The notes under the pieces are model-generated. The model saw only the letters and a list, made by a program, of their open reading frames with translations, made no database searches and was not told the origin of the DNA. Both the position numbers and the translations under genes were made by a program. From positions 6,176,001 through 6,240,000 of the forward strand of contig OZ245838.1 of assembly GCA_965228735.1 (NCBI GenBank): a stretch of DNA of 64,000 nt. The letters run 5' to 3'. Of this stretch, positions 9,475-18,408 are shown in pieces; the first letter of the stretch is position 1; each line of letters opens with the position of its first letter. This DNA comes from Planctomycetota bacterium. Its GTDB lineage: Bacteria; Planctomycetota; UBA1135; UBA2386.

Positions 9475-9565
9475 ATCCTAGGAGCGAGTGCACCGGCGAC
9501 GTCAGAGGGTTGTCAAACCGGCGGTTGCCGCCGGATCGGCCCGTTCGTTTGACAGCGCCATGACA
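9475..9565. promoter_or_regulatory. Divergent promoter region with two oppositely oriented TGACA-N6-TGAC(A/G) boxes
   Basis: CGTCA..TGTCA at 9500-9515 and TGACA..TGACA at 9550-9565, both with 11-bp period. Minus-strand TAGGAT at 9480-9475. Confidence 0.55.
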
Positions 9566-9597
9566 ACGATTCGGGCCGGAATCCCGTCAATGCTCCC

Positions 9598-12456
9598 ATG
9601 GCAACACCAGTCACCGTGAGTGCGACCCGGATCGCGCTGTCCTGCCTCATCCCGGCGATGGCCACGCTTGCCGGCGCGCTGCCCCAGGGCGCGAGCGCCG
9701 GTGCGACGGTCGCCGGCGCGGCCCTGGCCGAGAACGAGGGTCGCTATGCCGAGGCCGAGCAGCTGCTGCGGCGAGTCGTCGCGAGCGGCGACCACGCGGC
9801 TGCCGCGCGGGCGCGCACGCGCCTCGACGCGCTGCTGCAGCGCCAGGGCAAGGCCGCGGAGATCGTGGCTGCGGCCGCGCCGACGGGTGACTCCGCTGCG
9901 CCGACGACGCAGGGCCCGCCCGCGGACCCGATCACGCGACTGATCCAGAAGCTCGATACCGGCACGAAGGCCAACGTCGAGGTGAAGCAGGCGATCTCGC
10001 AGCTCGACGACCTCGGCTCGCTGATCGTGCCGCACCTGCTCGGCGCGCTCCCGCAGTTCGGGCCGTTCGGCGTCCACAACGCGCTGCAGCTCCTGCGCTA
10101 CGAACGCGACGATCGCATCGCCACCACGCTCGGCGCGATGCTCGACCAGGGCAAGCCCGAGGTCGTCGCGGCGATCACGGGTCAGCTCGGTCGCATGCAC
10201 GCGGCGGTCGCGCTGCCGCTCGCCCAGAAGATCGCGGGCCTCGACCTCGACTCCGGCGCCCTCGGCGCGGCGCTCTCGGTGCTCATCGAACAGGGCGGTC
10301 ACGACGAGCTCGCCCGGAAACTCGCGCAGCGCATGCTCGATTCCGGCGACGAGGCGATGCAGCGCGCGCTGCTCGCGGCGATGTCCGACGGCGATCGGGA
10401 CTGGTTCGGGGCGCTCTACGACGCGCTGCGCGCTTGCGACGGCGCCGACGTCCGCGCCTCCGCGACGTTCCAGCACATCGAAGCCGCCGGCCTCGACGAG
10501 GACGCGGCGCTCGCGGCGATCGCCGGTCTCGAGTCGCGCGACATCGCGTGGCGCATCAGCGCCCTCGGTGAGCGGCATCCCGACTGGGCCCGCGTGGGCG
10601 CGATCGGGTTGCGCGTGACGCCGACGGACGACAAGTGGGACAGCACGCGGCGCAACATCATCGAGAAGTTCGAATGGTGGCGCGCGCCGGAACAGGCGAT
10701 GCCGGAGCTGCTCAAGCTCCCCCTAACGTCCCCGATGCAGAACAACTTCGGCACCAACTCGCCGGAGTGGGCGGCCTACCAGGCCGTCGGCAAGTTCCTC
10801 TCGCGCGCGTCGGGGTCCGACTGGCAACTGCCCGAGGTGTGGGACGAACCCGTGGCCGAGCGCGTCACCCGCCTGAACGGCGACTGGCGCGCGTTCGTTG
10901 GCCTCCTGCCGGAAGACGCCGAGCAGCGGGCTCTGCGCATCTGGCGCGCGGCGCCGGCCGCGCGTGTCGCGTTCGCGACGGCGGCGATCGGCGTCGGGCG
11001 GCCGTGGCACGACCTCGCGTCCGAGGTTCTGCTCGAGTTCGGGCCGAGCCATGGCAGCACGGTCCTGTTCCTGCGCGGCGATTGGACCGGGGCGTCGGAG
11101 ACCGCGGTGGCGCGGTTGCGGACCTTCGTCGAATTGACCGCCAAGCTGCCGTCGAACGCGCCCGCCAACACGGCGAGCGAGATCGTGCGGCTCTACGCCG
11201 ACACGCCGTCGCTGCCCGACGACCTCGTCATGCCGCTCGTCGGGATCGGCCACAACGCGGCCTGGGACGCGGTCTGCCGCCGCGCGCCGCGTGCCGTGCT
11301 CACGTATGCCCGCGACGGCAAGCTCTACGCTCACTACTTCCAGACGATCCGGAGCCTGCTGCTCAGCCACGGCACGACCGAGGATCTGCCGGTGGCGCTG
11401 CGGGTCGTGCGGGAGAGCTACGTTCCCAACCAGGATCAGGCCGGCATGCGGCAGTGGTTCGGGACGCAGGCGCCGGGCCACCTCGACATCGTGCGGCTCG
11501 ACAGCCCGGAGGTTCTGTTGCGCACGCCGTCGCAGGACCTGGCGCACACGTTGGCGGGCGAGGCCGCGACGCGGATTCGCGCCCAGGACATCGAGGCCGC
11601 GCTGAAGTTGCTGCCTGTGGTCAGCGAGTCCACGCGCGGTCGACTCCTGGAAGGCATCGCTCGCGTCGTCGACGGACAGCACGTTGGCGCGTTGCGTGAC
11701 GCGCTTCGGACGGACCTGCAGGGCGAGCCGCTGACGACGAAGGACGGCAACGGCCGGAGTCTCTTGATGCCCAGACTCGTGCAGCTGCTCGCGTCGACCG
11801 GTGGTCGCTCGGCGCTGCCGGAGCTGCGAGCTGTCCTCGAACGCGAGGACCTGGCGGATGACGTCATCCTGGCCGCGGCACGCGGCATCGTTGCAACTGC
11901 GGGCGACAGTCGGGCACGCGAGTTCGCCGCGATGCTCGATTCCGAGCGCGCCGTGATCGTGCAGGCGGCGCTGTACTCGTTCGGCGAGCCCGAAGCGGGT
12001 GACGCGGCGATGGTCGACCGCGCGATCGCGGCGATACGCCGGCACGGCGCGGAGTTGCAGACCACGGGTGCCTTGTTCGTGGCGATGAAACGAGAGGAGT
12101 GCGTGCGGGTCGCCAAGGCGATTCTCGAGAGCAAGGGCATGCGCGAGTTCGGGCGCCGCGTCGTCACCGAGGCGATCGATCAACTCGCGGACAACCGGGA
12201 TCCGGCGCACGTGCCGGCGTTCGCGTTGGCCGCGAGCCACCGCGAGACGAACGTGCGACTCGAGGCCAGCAAGCAGCTCGGCAACTCGTTCGACCGGAGC
12301 GCCGTGCCGCACCTGCTGGAGCTGCTGCGCGACGAGAGTTCGAAGGTGCGCCAGGCGGCCCAGTCGGGTCTCGATCAGATCGCGAACTACCTCGATCAGC
12401 TCAAGATGTGGCAGGATCGCTTCGGCGATCTGCCGGCGACGGGCAAGGGCAAGTAG
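9598..12456 (+). CDS. Large secreted helical-repeat (TPR/HEAT) protein
   Basis: Signal-like N-terminus, TPR-like EGRYAEAEQLLRRV, C-terminal HEAT repeats (NVRLEASKQLG...AVPHLLELLRDESSKVRQAA). Confidence 0.75.
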   Translation: MATPVTVSATRIALSCLIPAMATLAGALPQGASAGATVAGAALAENEGRYAEAEQLLRRVVASGDHAAAARARTRLDALLQRQGKAAEIVAAAAPTGDSAAPTTQGPPADPITRLIQKLDTGTKANVEVKQAISQLDDLGSLIVPHLLGALPQFGPFGVHNALQLLRYERDDRIATTLGAMLDQGKPEVVAAITGQLGRMHAAVALPLAQKIAGLDLDSGALGAALSVLIEQGGHDELARKLAQRMLDSGDEAMQRALLAAMSDGDRDWFGALYDALRACDGADVRASATFQHIEAAGLDEDAALAAIAGLESRDIAWRISALGERHPDWARVGAIGLRVTPTDDKWDSTRRNIIEKFEWWRAPEQAMPELLKLPLTSPMQNNFGTNSPEWAAYQAVGKFLSRASGSDWQLPEVWDEPVAERVTRLNGDWRAFVGLLPEDAEQRALRIWRAAPAARVAFATAAIGVGRPWHDLASEVLLEFGPSHGSTVLFLRGDWTGASETAVARLRTFVELTAKLPSNAPANTASEIVRLYADTPSLPDDLVMPLVGIGHNAAWDAVCRRAPRAVLTYARDGKLYAHYFQTIRSLLLSHGTTEDLPVALRVVRESYVPNQDQAGMRQWFGTQAPGHLDIVRLDSPEVLLRTPSQDLAHTLAGEAATRIRAQDIEAALKLLPVVSESTRGRLLEGIARVVDGQHVGALRDALRTDLQGEPLTTKDGNGRSLLMPRLVQLLASTGGRSALPELRAVLEREDLADDVILAAARGIVATAGDSRAREFAAMLDSERAVIVQAALYSFGEPEAGDAAMVDRAIAAIRRHGAELQTTGALFVAMKREECVRVAKAILESKGMREFGRRVVTEAIDQLADNRDPAHVPAFALAASHRETNVRLEASKQLGNSFDRSAVPHLLELLRDESSKVRQAAQSGLDQIANYLDQLKMWQDRFGDLPATGKGK

Positions 12457-12487
12457 TTCGCGCCGGCTGCGTCGCGGCCGCGCGCAC

Positions 12488-12886
12488 TCAGAGCGCGCGG
12501 ATCTCGACGATCGTACCGACCTCGGTCTGGCGCTCGATCACGCCCAGACCGTGGACCTGCAGCACGGTCTCGAAGAACTCGTCGAACTCGCTGCGCGCGC
12601 AGCGCATCTCGCCGACGAGCGAGATCGGCTGCCGGTCGGCGAGCTCGCGCTGGTCGAACGTGTAGGCCTTGTTGGTCACCTGCTGCGCGAGCTTGACGAA
12701 GTCGCCCACCGGCAGCTGGTGGACCCGCAGCCGAACCTCGTCGCCGGCCACGTTCAGCTCGTGCGATGGCTCCGTCGGCGGGGCTGGCTGGGGCGCCGAA
12801 CCGCAGGACTGGCAGAGAATTGCGGCGTACAGGGTGAGCGCGGGGGCCGCGCCCGCGCGGACGGTTCGGTTCGGTTGCATCGGCAT
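12488..12886 (-). CDS. Small lipoprotein resembling a stand-alone secretin N0 (GspD-like) domain
   Basis: Lipobox-like LCQSC. VGDFVKLAQQVTNKAYTFD...FDEFFETVLQVHGLGVI pattern. Start uncertain. Confidence 0.55.
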   Translation of the reverse strand: MPMQPNRTVRAGAAPALTLYAAILCQSCGSAPQPAPPTEPSHELNVAGDEVRLRVHQLPVGDFVKLAQQVTNKAYTFDQRELADRQPISLVGEMRCARSEFDEFFETVLQVHGLGVIERQTEVGTIVEIRAL

Positions 12887-12961
12887 TCCGGCGGCTTCGA
12901 CGGCCTGCTTTCGGCGGTATTCCGGCCGGTTCGTGTCCTATCGATCGTCGAATCGCTCCGG

Positions 12962-15085
12962 ATGACGTCCGCTCTGCCCATGCCGCTCAGAACTCACGCC
13001 CTTCTCGTGATCCTCGCCGTCGCCGCGGCCGTTTCGACGCTCGCGGCCCAGTCGGGAACCCCACGCTTCGTCTTCGGTGACGACGCCGTCGTACGCATCC
13101 GCGGCGACCGCATCGACGAGCTGCGCGAACTTTGGCCCGACACGGCCCTCGGCCGGCTCTGGACCGACCCCGCGATCGTGGACCTCGTCGAACGGATCGG
13201 TCGTGACCGCGAGGTGACGCGGGAGCGTGATCGGCTCGCGCTCGCTGAGGCGAGTCGGCTCGGGATCGCGCTCGAGGACTACGAGATCGGCAACCTGTTC
13301 TCCGCCGTGGGGTCCATGGCGATGGCGCCGCCGGTATCGGAGTGGCGGGCCGCCGCGCAGGCGATGGCGTTCGAGCCGGGCTCGCCTGCACCGCACAACG
13401 CGTTCGCCGTCGCCTGCATGCCGCAGTTCGAAGGCCGCTGGACCAAGGAGTTCGAATCGGAGTCCGCCCGGCTGCGGCAAGCGCCGTGGTTCCTGCCGGC
13501 GGCGGAGCAGAAGATCGGCGGCGTTCCGGCGCACGTGTTCGAGAGCGAACTGATCGAACGCTTCGGCGAGGGCGAGCGACGCATGGGCCATTGGCGACTG
13601 CACCTGCCGGGGTGGTTCGTGGCGGGCAGCGGGCGCCCCGAGCTGTTCGGTCAGGTGGACTTCGAGGCGCCGCCGGTCCCGCGGTCCGGGCTGCATCTCG
13701 AGGTCGACGTCGCCCGTTTCGCGGAGCAGGTCGAGCCGCCGGTCGAACTCCAGATGATGGTGCTGCGCGGGCTCGAGCGGCTCACGTGGGACCTCGGGTT
13801 CGTGGGCTCCGACGTGCGTGACGAGTTCGTCGTCGAGCTCGGGCCCGCCGACGAGCGCGCGATTCTGTGGCAGGCGTTGCGGGCCGGAGCAGCGCCGTTG
13901 CCGGAGCAGGCGTTGCCGGATGGTGCGACGCTGCAGCTCCGCGGCAGCCTCGACTGGCCGCACGCGCAGGCGGCGTTGCTCGAACTGGGGAAGGACGAAC
14001 TGCGGTTGCCGGTCGAGCTCACGGATCGACTCGCTGCGGCACTGGACGGCAGCATCGCGCTCGGTGTGGTGGCTCCGCCGGTCGGTGGCCTCGTGCCGCG
14101 GATCTACCTCACGTTGGGGCTCGTGGACCGCGAGGCGTTCCTGGGTGGGATCGTGCCGGCGGTGGCGGCGAAGGTGCCGCTCAAGGCCGTGACGTACGGC
14201 GAGGTCGAGTGTCAGGTCCTGCAGATCCCCGGAGCGCCGCAAGGCGTGCAACCGGCGTTCTGCGTTGTCGGCGACCAGCTGCACATCGCCGAGTCGGCGC
14301 GCAGTCTGCGCACGTTCTTGAAGGCGCAGGCGGACGGCGTCGACGCCATGGCGGTCGGCGAGGCCGCGGTGCCCGCCGGCGTCGGCGAGTTGTTGCCGTT
14401 CGATCTGCGGATCGACGTGGGGCGGCTCTACGAGGCGTATTACGAGACGTGGATGCCGCTGCTCGGCGCGACGATGGCGTTCACCGGGGCTTCTGCGGGC
14501 GACGCGCTCGGTTCGATGCGCGATGCGATGCCGGACCCCGACTTCGTCGCCGAGCTCGCGCGGCCGATGCGCGGGGTGCTGCGCAGTGACGGAGACACGT
14601 TGCGGCTGGTGCAGGTCGGCCCGTTCGGCGGTGTCGCCATGGTGGCGTATCTCGCCGTGATGCCGGTGATGTTCCAGGCCGGCGGTGCTCAGGTCGGTTC
14701 GGGCAGTTTTCTCGCGGAGCCGATCGGGCGCCACAAACTCCGGATCGTCGGGGCGGCGATCGACAAGTTCGAGGCCGAGAACGGCCGTCGGCCGCATGGC
14801 CTCGGCGAGCTCTTCGCGGCCGCGAGGTTGCCGGCCGACGCGCTGCTGCTCCCAGGCGACGAGAACGCGGAGGCGTTCACGTTGGCTGACGGGAAGGTGG
14901 CGAAGACCTCGTTCCGCTACTTCCCTGCCGGCGCGAAGGTCACCGACTTCAGCAACACCGTCGAGGTCGTGCTGCTCCAGATCGAGCCCTTGACCTACGG
15001 CCGCATGGCGCTCGACGCGGCTCTCGAACCCAACGTGATCTACGGCGACGACCGCACGACCCCGATCGACGCGATCGGAAAGTGA
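12962..15085 (+). CDS. Secreted/membrane hypothetical protein with late TM segment and pseudopilin-like C-terminus
   Basis: Signal peptide after ATG 12962. Hydrophobic GGVAMVAYLAVMPVMF followed by KLRIVGAAIDKFEAENGRRPHGLGEL. Confidence 0.7.
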   Translation: MTSALPMPLRTHALLVILAVAAAVSTLAAQSGTPRFVFGDDAVVRIRGDRIDELRELWPDTALGRLWTDPAIVDLVERIGRDREVTRERDRLALAEASRLGIALEDYEIGNLFSAVGSMAMAPPVSEWRAAAQAMAFEPGSPAPHNAFAVACMPQFEGRWTKEFESESARLRQAPWFLPAAEQKIGGVPAHVFESELIERFGEGERRMGHWRLHLPGWFVAGSGRPELFGQVDFEAPPVPRSGLHLEVDVARFAEQVEPPVELQMMVLRGLERLTWDLGFVGSDVRDEFVVELGPADERAILWQALRAGAAPLPEQALPDGATLQLRGSLDWPHAQAALLELGKDELRLPVELTDRLAAALDGSIALGVVAPPVGGLVPRIYLTLGLVDREAFLGGIVPAVAAKVPLKAVTYGEVECQVLQIPGAPQGVQPAFCVVGDQLHIAESARSLRTFLKAQADGVDAMAVGEAAVPAGVGELLPFDLRIDVGRLYEAYYETWMPLLGATMAFTGASAGDALGSMRDAMPDPDFVAELARPMRGVLRSDGDTLRLVQVGPFGGVAMVAYLAVMPVMFQAGGAQVGSGSFLAEPIGRHKLRIVGAAIDKFEAENGRRPHGLGELFAAARLPADALLLPGDENAEAFTLADGKVAKTSFRYFPAGAKVTDFSNTVEVVLLQIEPLTYGRMALDAALEPNVIYGDDRTTPIDAIGK

Positions 15086-15228
15086 TGGCGGGCACTCCCC
15101 GTACGGAACCAGGTTCATGCTGCCGGCCGCGGGCCAGTTGCCTCGCAGGCGGCGCCTCGGCGGCCGGCAGCATGAACCTGGTTCCGTACGGGTGTACCCG
15201 GTGAAACGGGTTCGGTACCGCCATCACT
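15081..15228. repeat. Nested palindromic element between convergent genes
   Basis: Perfect 33-bp arms at 15098-15130 and 15160-15192, inside perfect 11-bp outer arms at 15081-15091 and 15218-15228. Confidence 0.9.
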
Positions 15229-18200
15229 GGCCGAGCAGCTTGTCCAGCGGGCCGTCGACGTAGGTCGGGCCGTCCTCGGGCTTCCAGGTCTCGCCGGAGC
15301 GCAGGCCCGGGTCGCCCTCGAAGACGACGATGCCGTTGTCGTTGAGGAGCAGCACGCGCGGCATGCCGAAGAAGCCGGGTTTGAGGAAGAAGCGGTCGTA
15401 GGTCCGACCGCTCTGGTCGATCGCGACGTGGGCGTTCTCGAGCGGGTGCTTCTCGAGGTAGCCCTGCAGGTCGACGACGTCCGTGCTCTGCTCGCAGATC
15501 ACGACGACGGCGAGGCGCTTCTGCGCGCCGCGCGCGATCGCGTGCTGCAGCCACGTCGTGCACGGGATGATGCGATCGACGCGCGGCGACCAGAACACGA
15601 GCATCGTCGGGCGGCCGCGCAGCTCGCCGAGCGTCGTGCCCTTGCCGTCACCCGTCTGCCAGACGATGCCGTCCGCGAGCTCGGGCGCGACGAAGCCGCT
15701 GAACGTGCCGGGCTGCCGCTTGCTCGGGTCGCTCATCACCTTCTGCATCGCGATCTCGCGCTCGATGCGCGCGGCCGGGTCGAACGGATCACGCGCGAGC
15801 AGGCGCACGTTGCGATACGTCGCCTCGCCCGGGCCGCACAAGAGGCCGAACGCGCCGCGCACGACGCTCGCGTCCGGGAAGTCGAGTGACCGCACGTAGA
15901 GGCCGTCGAAGTAGACGTCGAGCTGGTGGCCCGTGACGTCGATCCGCAGTTCGTGCCAGTTGGATCCGACCGGAATGCTGCGGTGGTCGTGCACGGTCCA
16001 CTGGCCGCCGCGGTTGCTGCTGATGTCGAGGTAACCCTTCGGGTGCAGCAGCACGGCGTGGTAGCTCTGCGTGCCCTTCTTGCCGAAGCACAGCCCCGCG
16101 AGTTCGCCCGCAAACGATCCGGGCTGGCCGGGCTGTTCCGGGATCTTGATCTCGGCCGACAGCGCGAAGTCCGCGTCGAACGTCACGTCCGCCGTGAGCT
16201 CGCGCGTGATCATCGTGTCGCCCTCGCGCGGAACGGCGGCGCGCAGGATGCGGCCGTAGGCCTGGAACGCCTCGTCCGCGCCCGACCAGCCGTTGAGACT
16301 GCGCTCGTCGTAGGCGACGCGCCAGCGCGCGAGGCTCTTGCCCGTTCGGGACGCGAGGTCCCGGTAGTAGTCCATCGCCTCGGGCACCGAGAAGCTCGCC
16401 GTCATGCGGCGCGCGATCTCGAGCGCCATGGTCGGCAGCTCGCGCGTCTCGTAGCTCTTCGCGAGCGTCAGACCCTTCTCCGCGACGGTCGTCTTGAGCT
16501 TGCGGTAGCGCTTGATGAGCGGATCGAGACGCGTGATCTTCTGCTGCGCCTCGTCGTGCCGCGGGTCGTCGAGCTTGCCCTGCGCCTCGAGCGCGCGCCG
16601 GAACTCGCGCAGCCGCGCGGCCGCCTCGCTCTTCTTCTTGGTCTTCTCGAGCACCTCGGCGAGTTGCCACAACACCTCGGCGTCGCTCGGCGAGCGCTCG
16701 CGCGCTTCCTGCAAGAACTCGATCGCGAGGTCGAGCTCCTTGCGCTCGACGGCGGCTTTTGCCCACTGCATCAGCTCGTCACCGACGTCGAGTTTGCCCG
16801 TCTCGCGATCGCGCAGCCGCAGGATCCACTCTTTCCAGATCGCATCGAGCTCGTCGATCGTCTGCACGGGCGACAGCTTCGCGCCCTGCAGCACGATCTC
16901 CTCGAAGTTCTCCACGGGGTCGCTCGGCTGCCCGCGCTTGAACGACGTGTAGTAGGCGTGCAGCGCGTCGCGATACACGGTGCGGCCGTCCTCGGCGCGG
17001 TAGTTGAACAGGAAGTAGACCAGGCCCCACGTCGGCGCATACCACGGCGGGCCCCAGCGATACTGGCTCTCGACGATCATCCGGATCGGCGGCGCGCCGG
17101 TCGGCTGACCGAACTGCCCGCCCTCGCCGTCGGCCTCGCCGATGTCCCGCATCCAGCCGGCCTCCATGCGCGTCGCGAGCGGGAAGAGGCGATGCGGCGG
17201 CACGCGGTTCCATTTCACCGTGCCGTTGCTGAGGATCACGCACCCCTCGAAGAACGACGCGTAGGCCTCGTTGAGCCACCCCGGCACGAACGGCCCCGTG
17301 AGGCTCACGAACTGGTGCGCGGCCTCGTGGAACAACGTGCCGTACATCGCGCGCACCGACTCCTTGCCCGACACGCCGCCAGCGTAGGTCTCGACCGCGC
17401 TGCCGATGAAGTGACCGGCCGACCACTCCGCGGGCGGGCCCTTGCCGATCTCGAGGTACTCGTCGCGGTTCTTGAAGATGCGGATCTCGATCTTGGGCGT
17501 CTTGCCGCCGTCCTCCATGAACCGGAAGAACCGGCGGTAGAACAGGTTCATCTGCTCCATCGCGATGCGCGACGTCTTGAGCACGAGGTAGCCCGCGTTG
17601 GTCCGGTAGCGGTAGTTGTCGCTCTCGTCGGTGTAGGCGTTCTCCCAGTCGCTGTGCTTCTGATCCATCTCGCGCAGCTCGTCCTCGGACATGCCGCCCG
17701 TCGGATCGCTGCCGGCGTAGACGTCCTCGACCGCGACCTCGCGGCCGCCCGTCGTGCGGATCTTGTGGATCGCCGCCTCGGCCGCGGGGAACCCGGGCGC
17801 GACGCTGAGAACGTGCGCGTAGATGTCGAGCGCGCCGAGCAGGTCCTTCTTCTTGGTGTAGAGCTTGCCGAGTCCCATGAGGTCGTCGACGTAATCGCCC
17901 TTGAGCGTCTCCCACGTGCGCGCCTCGACGTCGATCGGTGCGAGTTGCTCGTGGATCGCCTTGCGCTGCGGGGTGCTCTTGCGCGTCTTGGCCCGCGTGT
18001 CGTGCACGTCGAGCCAGCGGTGCAACGCGTGCACCGCGGTGTCGAGATCCTGCTGCGCCGCTGCGATCTCGCTCAGCAGTTCGAGCCCGGCGAGGCTGTT
18101 GGGGTCCCGTTCGAGCGCGCGTTCGACGGCCGCCCGCGCGGCGTTGGGATCGCCGCTGCCGAGTTTGTCGCGCGCCTCCGCGAGGTAGGAAGCGACGAAA

Positions 18201-18307
18201 CCGAGCGGCTCGTCACCGCCGCCGTTGCTGCCACCGTTCTGGGCGACAGCGACCGCCGGCCAACACATCGCGATCAGCAGGGCGAGGCCCTGAAGCTTGG
18301 GGGTCAT
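15224..18307 (-). CDS. Secreted multidomain protein: TPR, HExxH metallopeptidase-like (DUF1570-like), TPR, DUF1080-like, thioredoxin-like
   Basis: Signal peptide MTPKLQGLALL. TLFHEAAHQF...WLNEAYASFFE, WHELRIDVTG...VYFDG, and ELRGRPTMLVFW...MPRVLLLNDNGIVVFEG. Confidence 0.8.
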   Translation of the reverse strand: MTPKLQGLALLIAMCWPAVAVAQNGGSNGGGDEPLGFVASYLAEARDKLGSGDPNAARAAVERALERDPNSLAGLELLSEIAAAQQDLDTAVHALHRWLDVHDTRAKTRKSTPQRKAIHEQLAPIDVEARTWETLKGDYVDDLMGLGKLYTKKKDLLGALDIYAHVLSVAPGFPAAEAAIHKIRTTGGREVAVEDVYAGSDPTGGMSEDELREMDQKHSDWENAYTDESDNYRYRTNAGYLVLKTSRIAMEQMNLFYRRFFRFMEDGGKTPKIEIRIFKNRDEYLEIGKGPPAEWSAGHFIGSAVETYAGGVSGKESVRAMYGTLFHEAAHQFVSLTGPFVPGWLNEAYASFFEGCVILSNGTVKWNRVPPHRLFPLATRMEAGWMRDIGEADGEGGQFGQPTGAPPIRMIVESQYRWGPPWYAPTWGLVYFLFNYRAEDGRTVYRDALHAYYTSFKRGQPSDPVENFEEIVLQGAKLSPVQTIDELDAIWKEWILRLRDRETGKLDVGDELMQWAKAAVERKELDLAIEFLQEARERSPSDAEVLWQLAEVLEKTKKKSEAAARLREFRRALEAQGKLDDPRHDEAQQKITRLDPLIKRYRKLKTTVAEKGLTLAKSYETRELPTMALEIARRMTASFSVPEAMDYYRDLASRTGKSLARWRVAYDERSLNGWSGADEAFQAYGRILRAAVPREGDTMITRELTADVTFDADFALSAEIKIPEQPGQPGSFAGELAGLCFGKKGTQSYHAVLLHPKGYLDISSNRGGQWTVHDHRSIPVGSNWHELRIDVTGHQLDVYFDGLYVRSLDFPDASVVRGAFGLLCGPGEATYRNVRLLARDPFDPAARIEREIAMQKVMSDPSKRQPGTFSGFVAPELADGIVWQTGDGKGTTLGELRGRPTMLVFWSPRVDRIIPCTTWLQHAIARGAQKRLAVVVICEQSTDVVDLQGYLEKHPLENAHVAIDQSGRTYDRFFLKPGFFGMPRVLLLNDNGIVVFEGDPGLRSGETWKPEDGPTYVDGPLDKLLGQ

Positions 18308-18408
18308 GCCGGCATTGTGCCGGCACACCCACGACGCGGATAGGTGCGGACGGGGCCAGGTACAAACTCTCCGCGGTGACGTAGCACCCGATCGCGGAAT
18401 CGCCGGGC

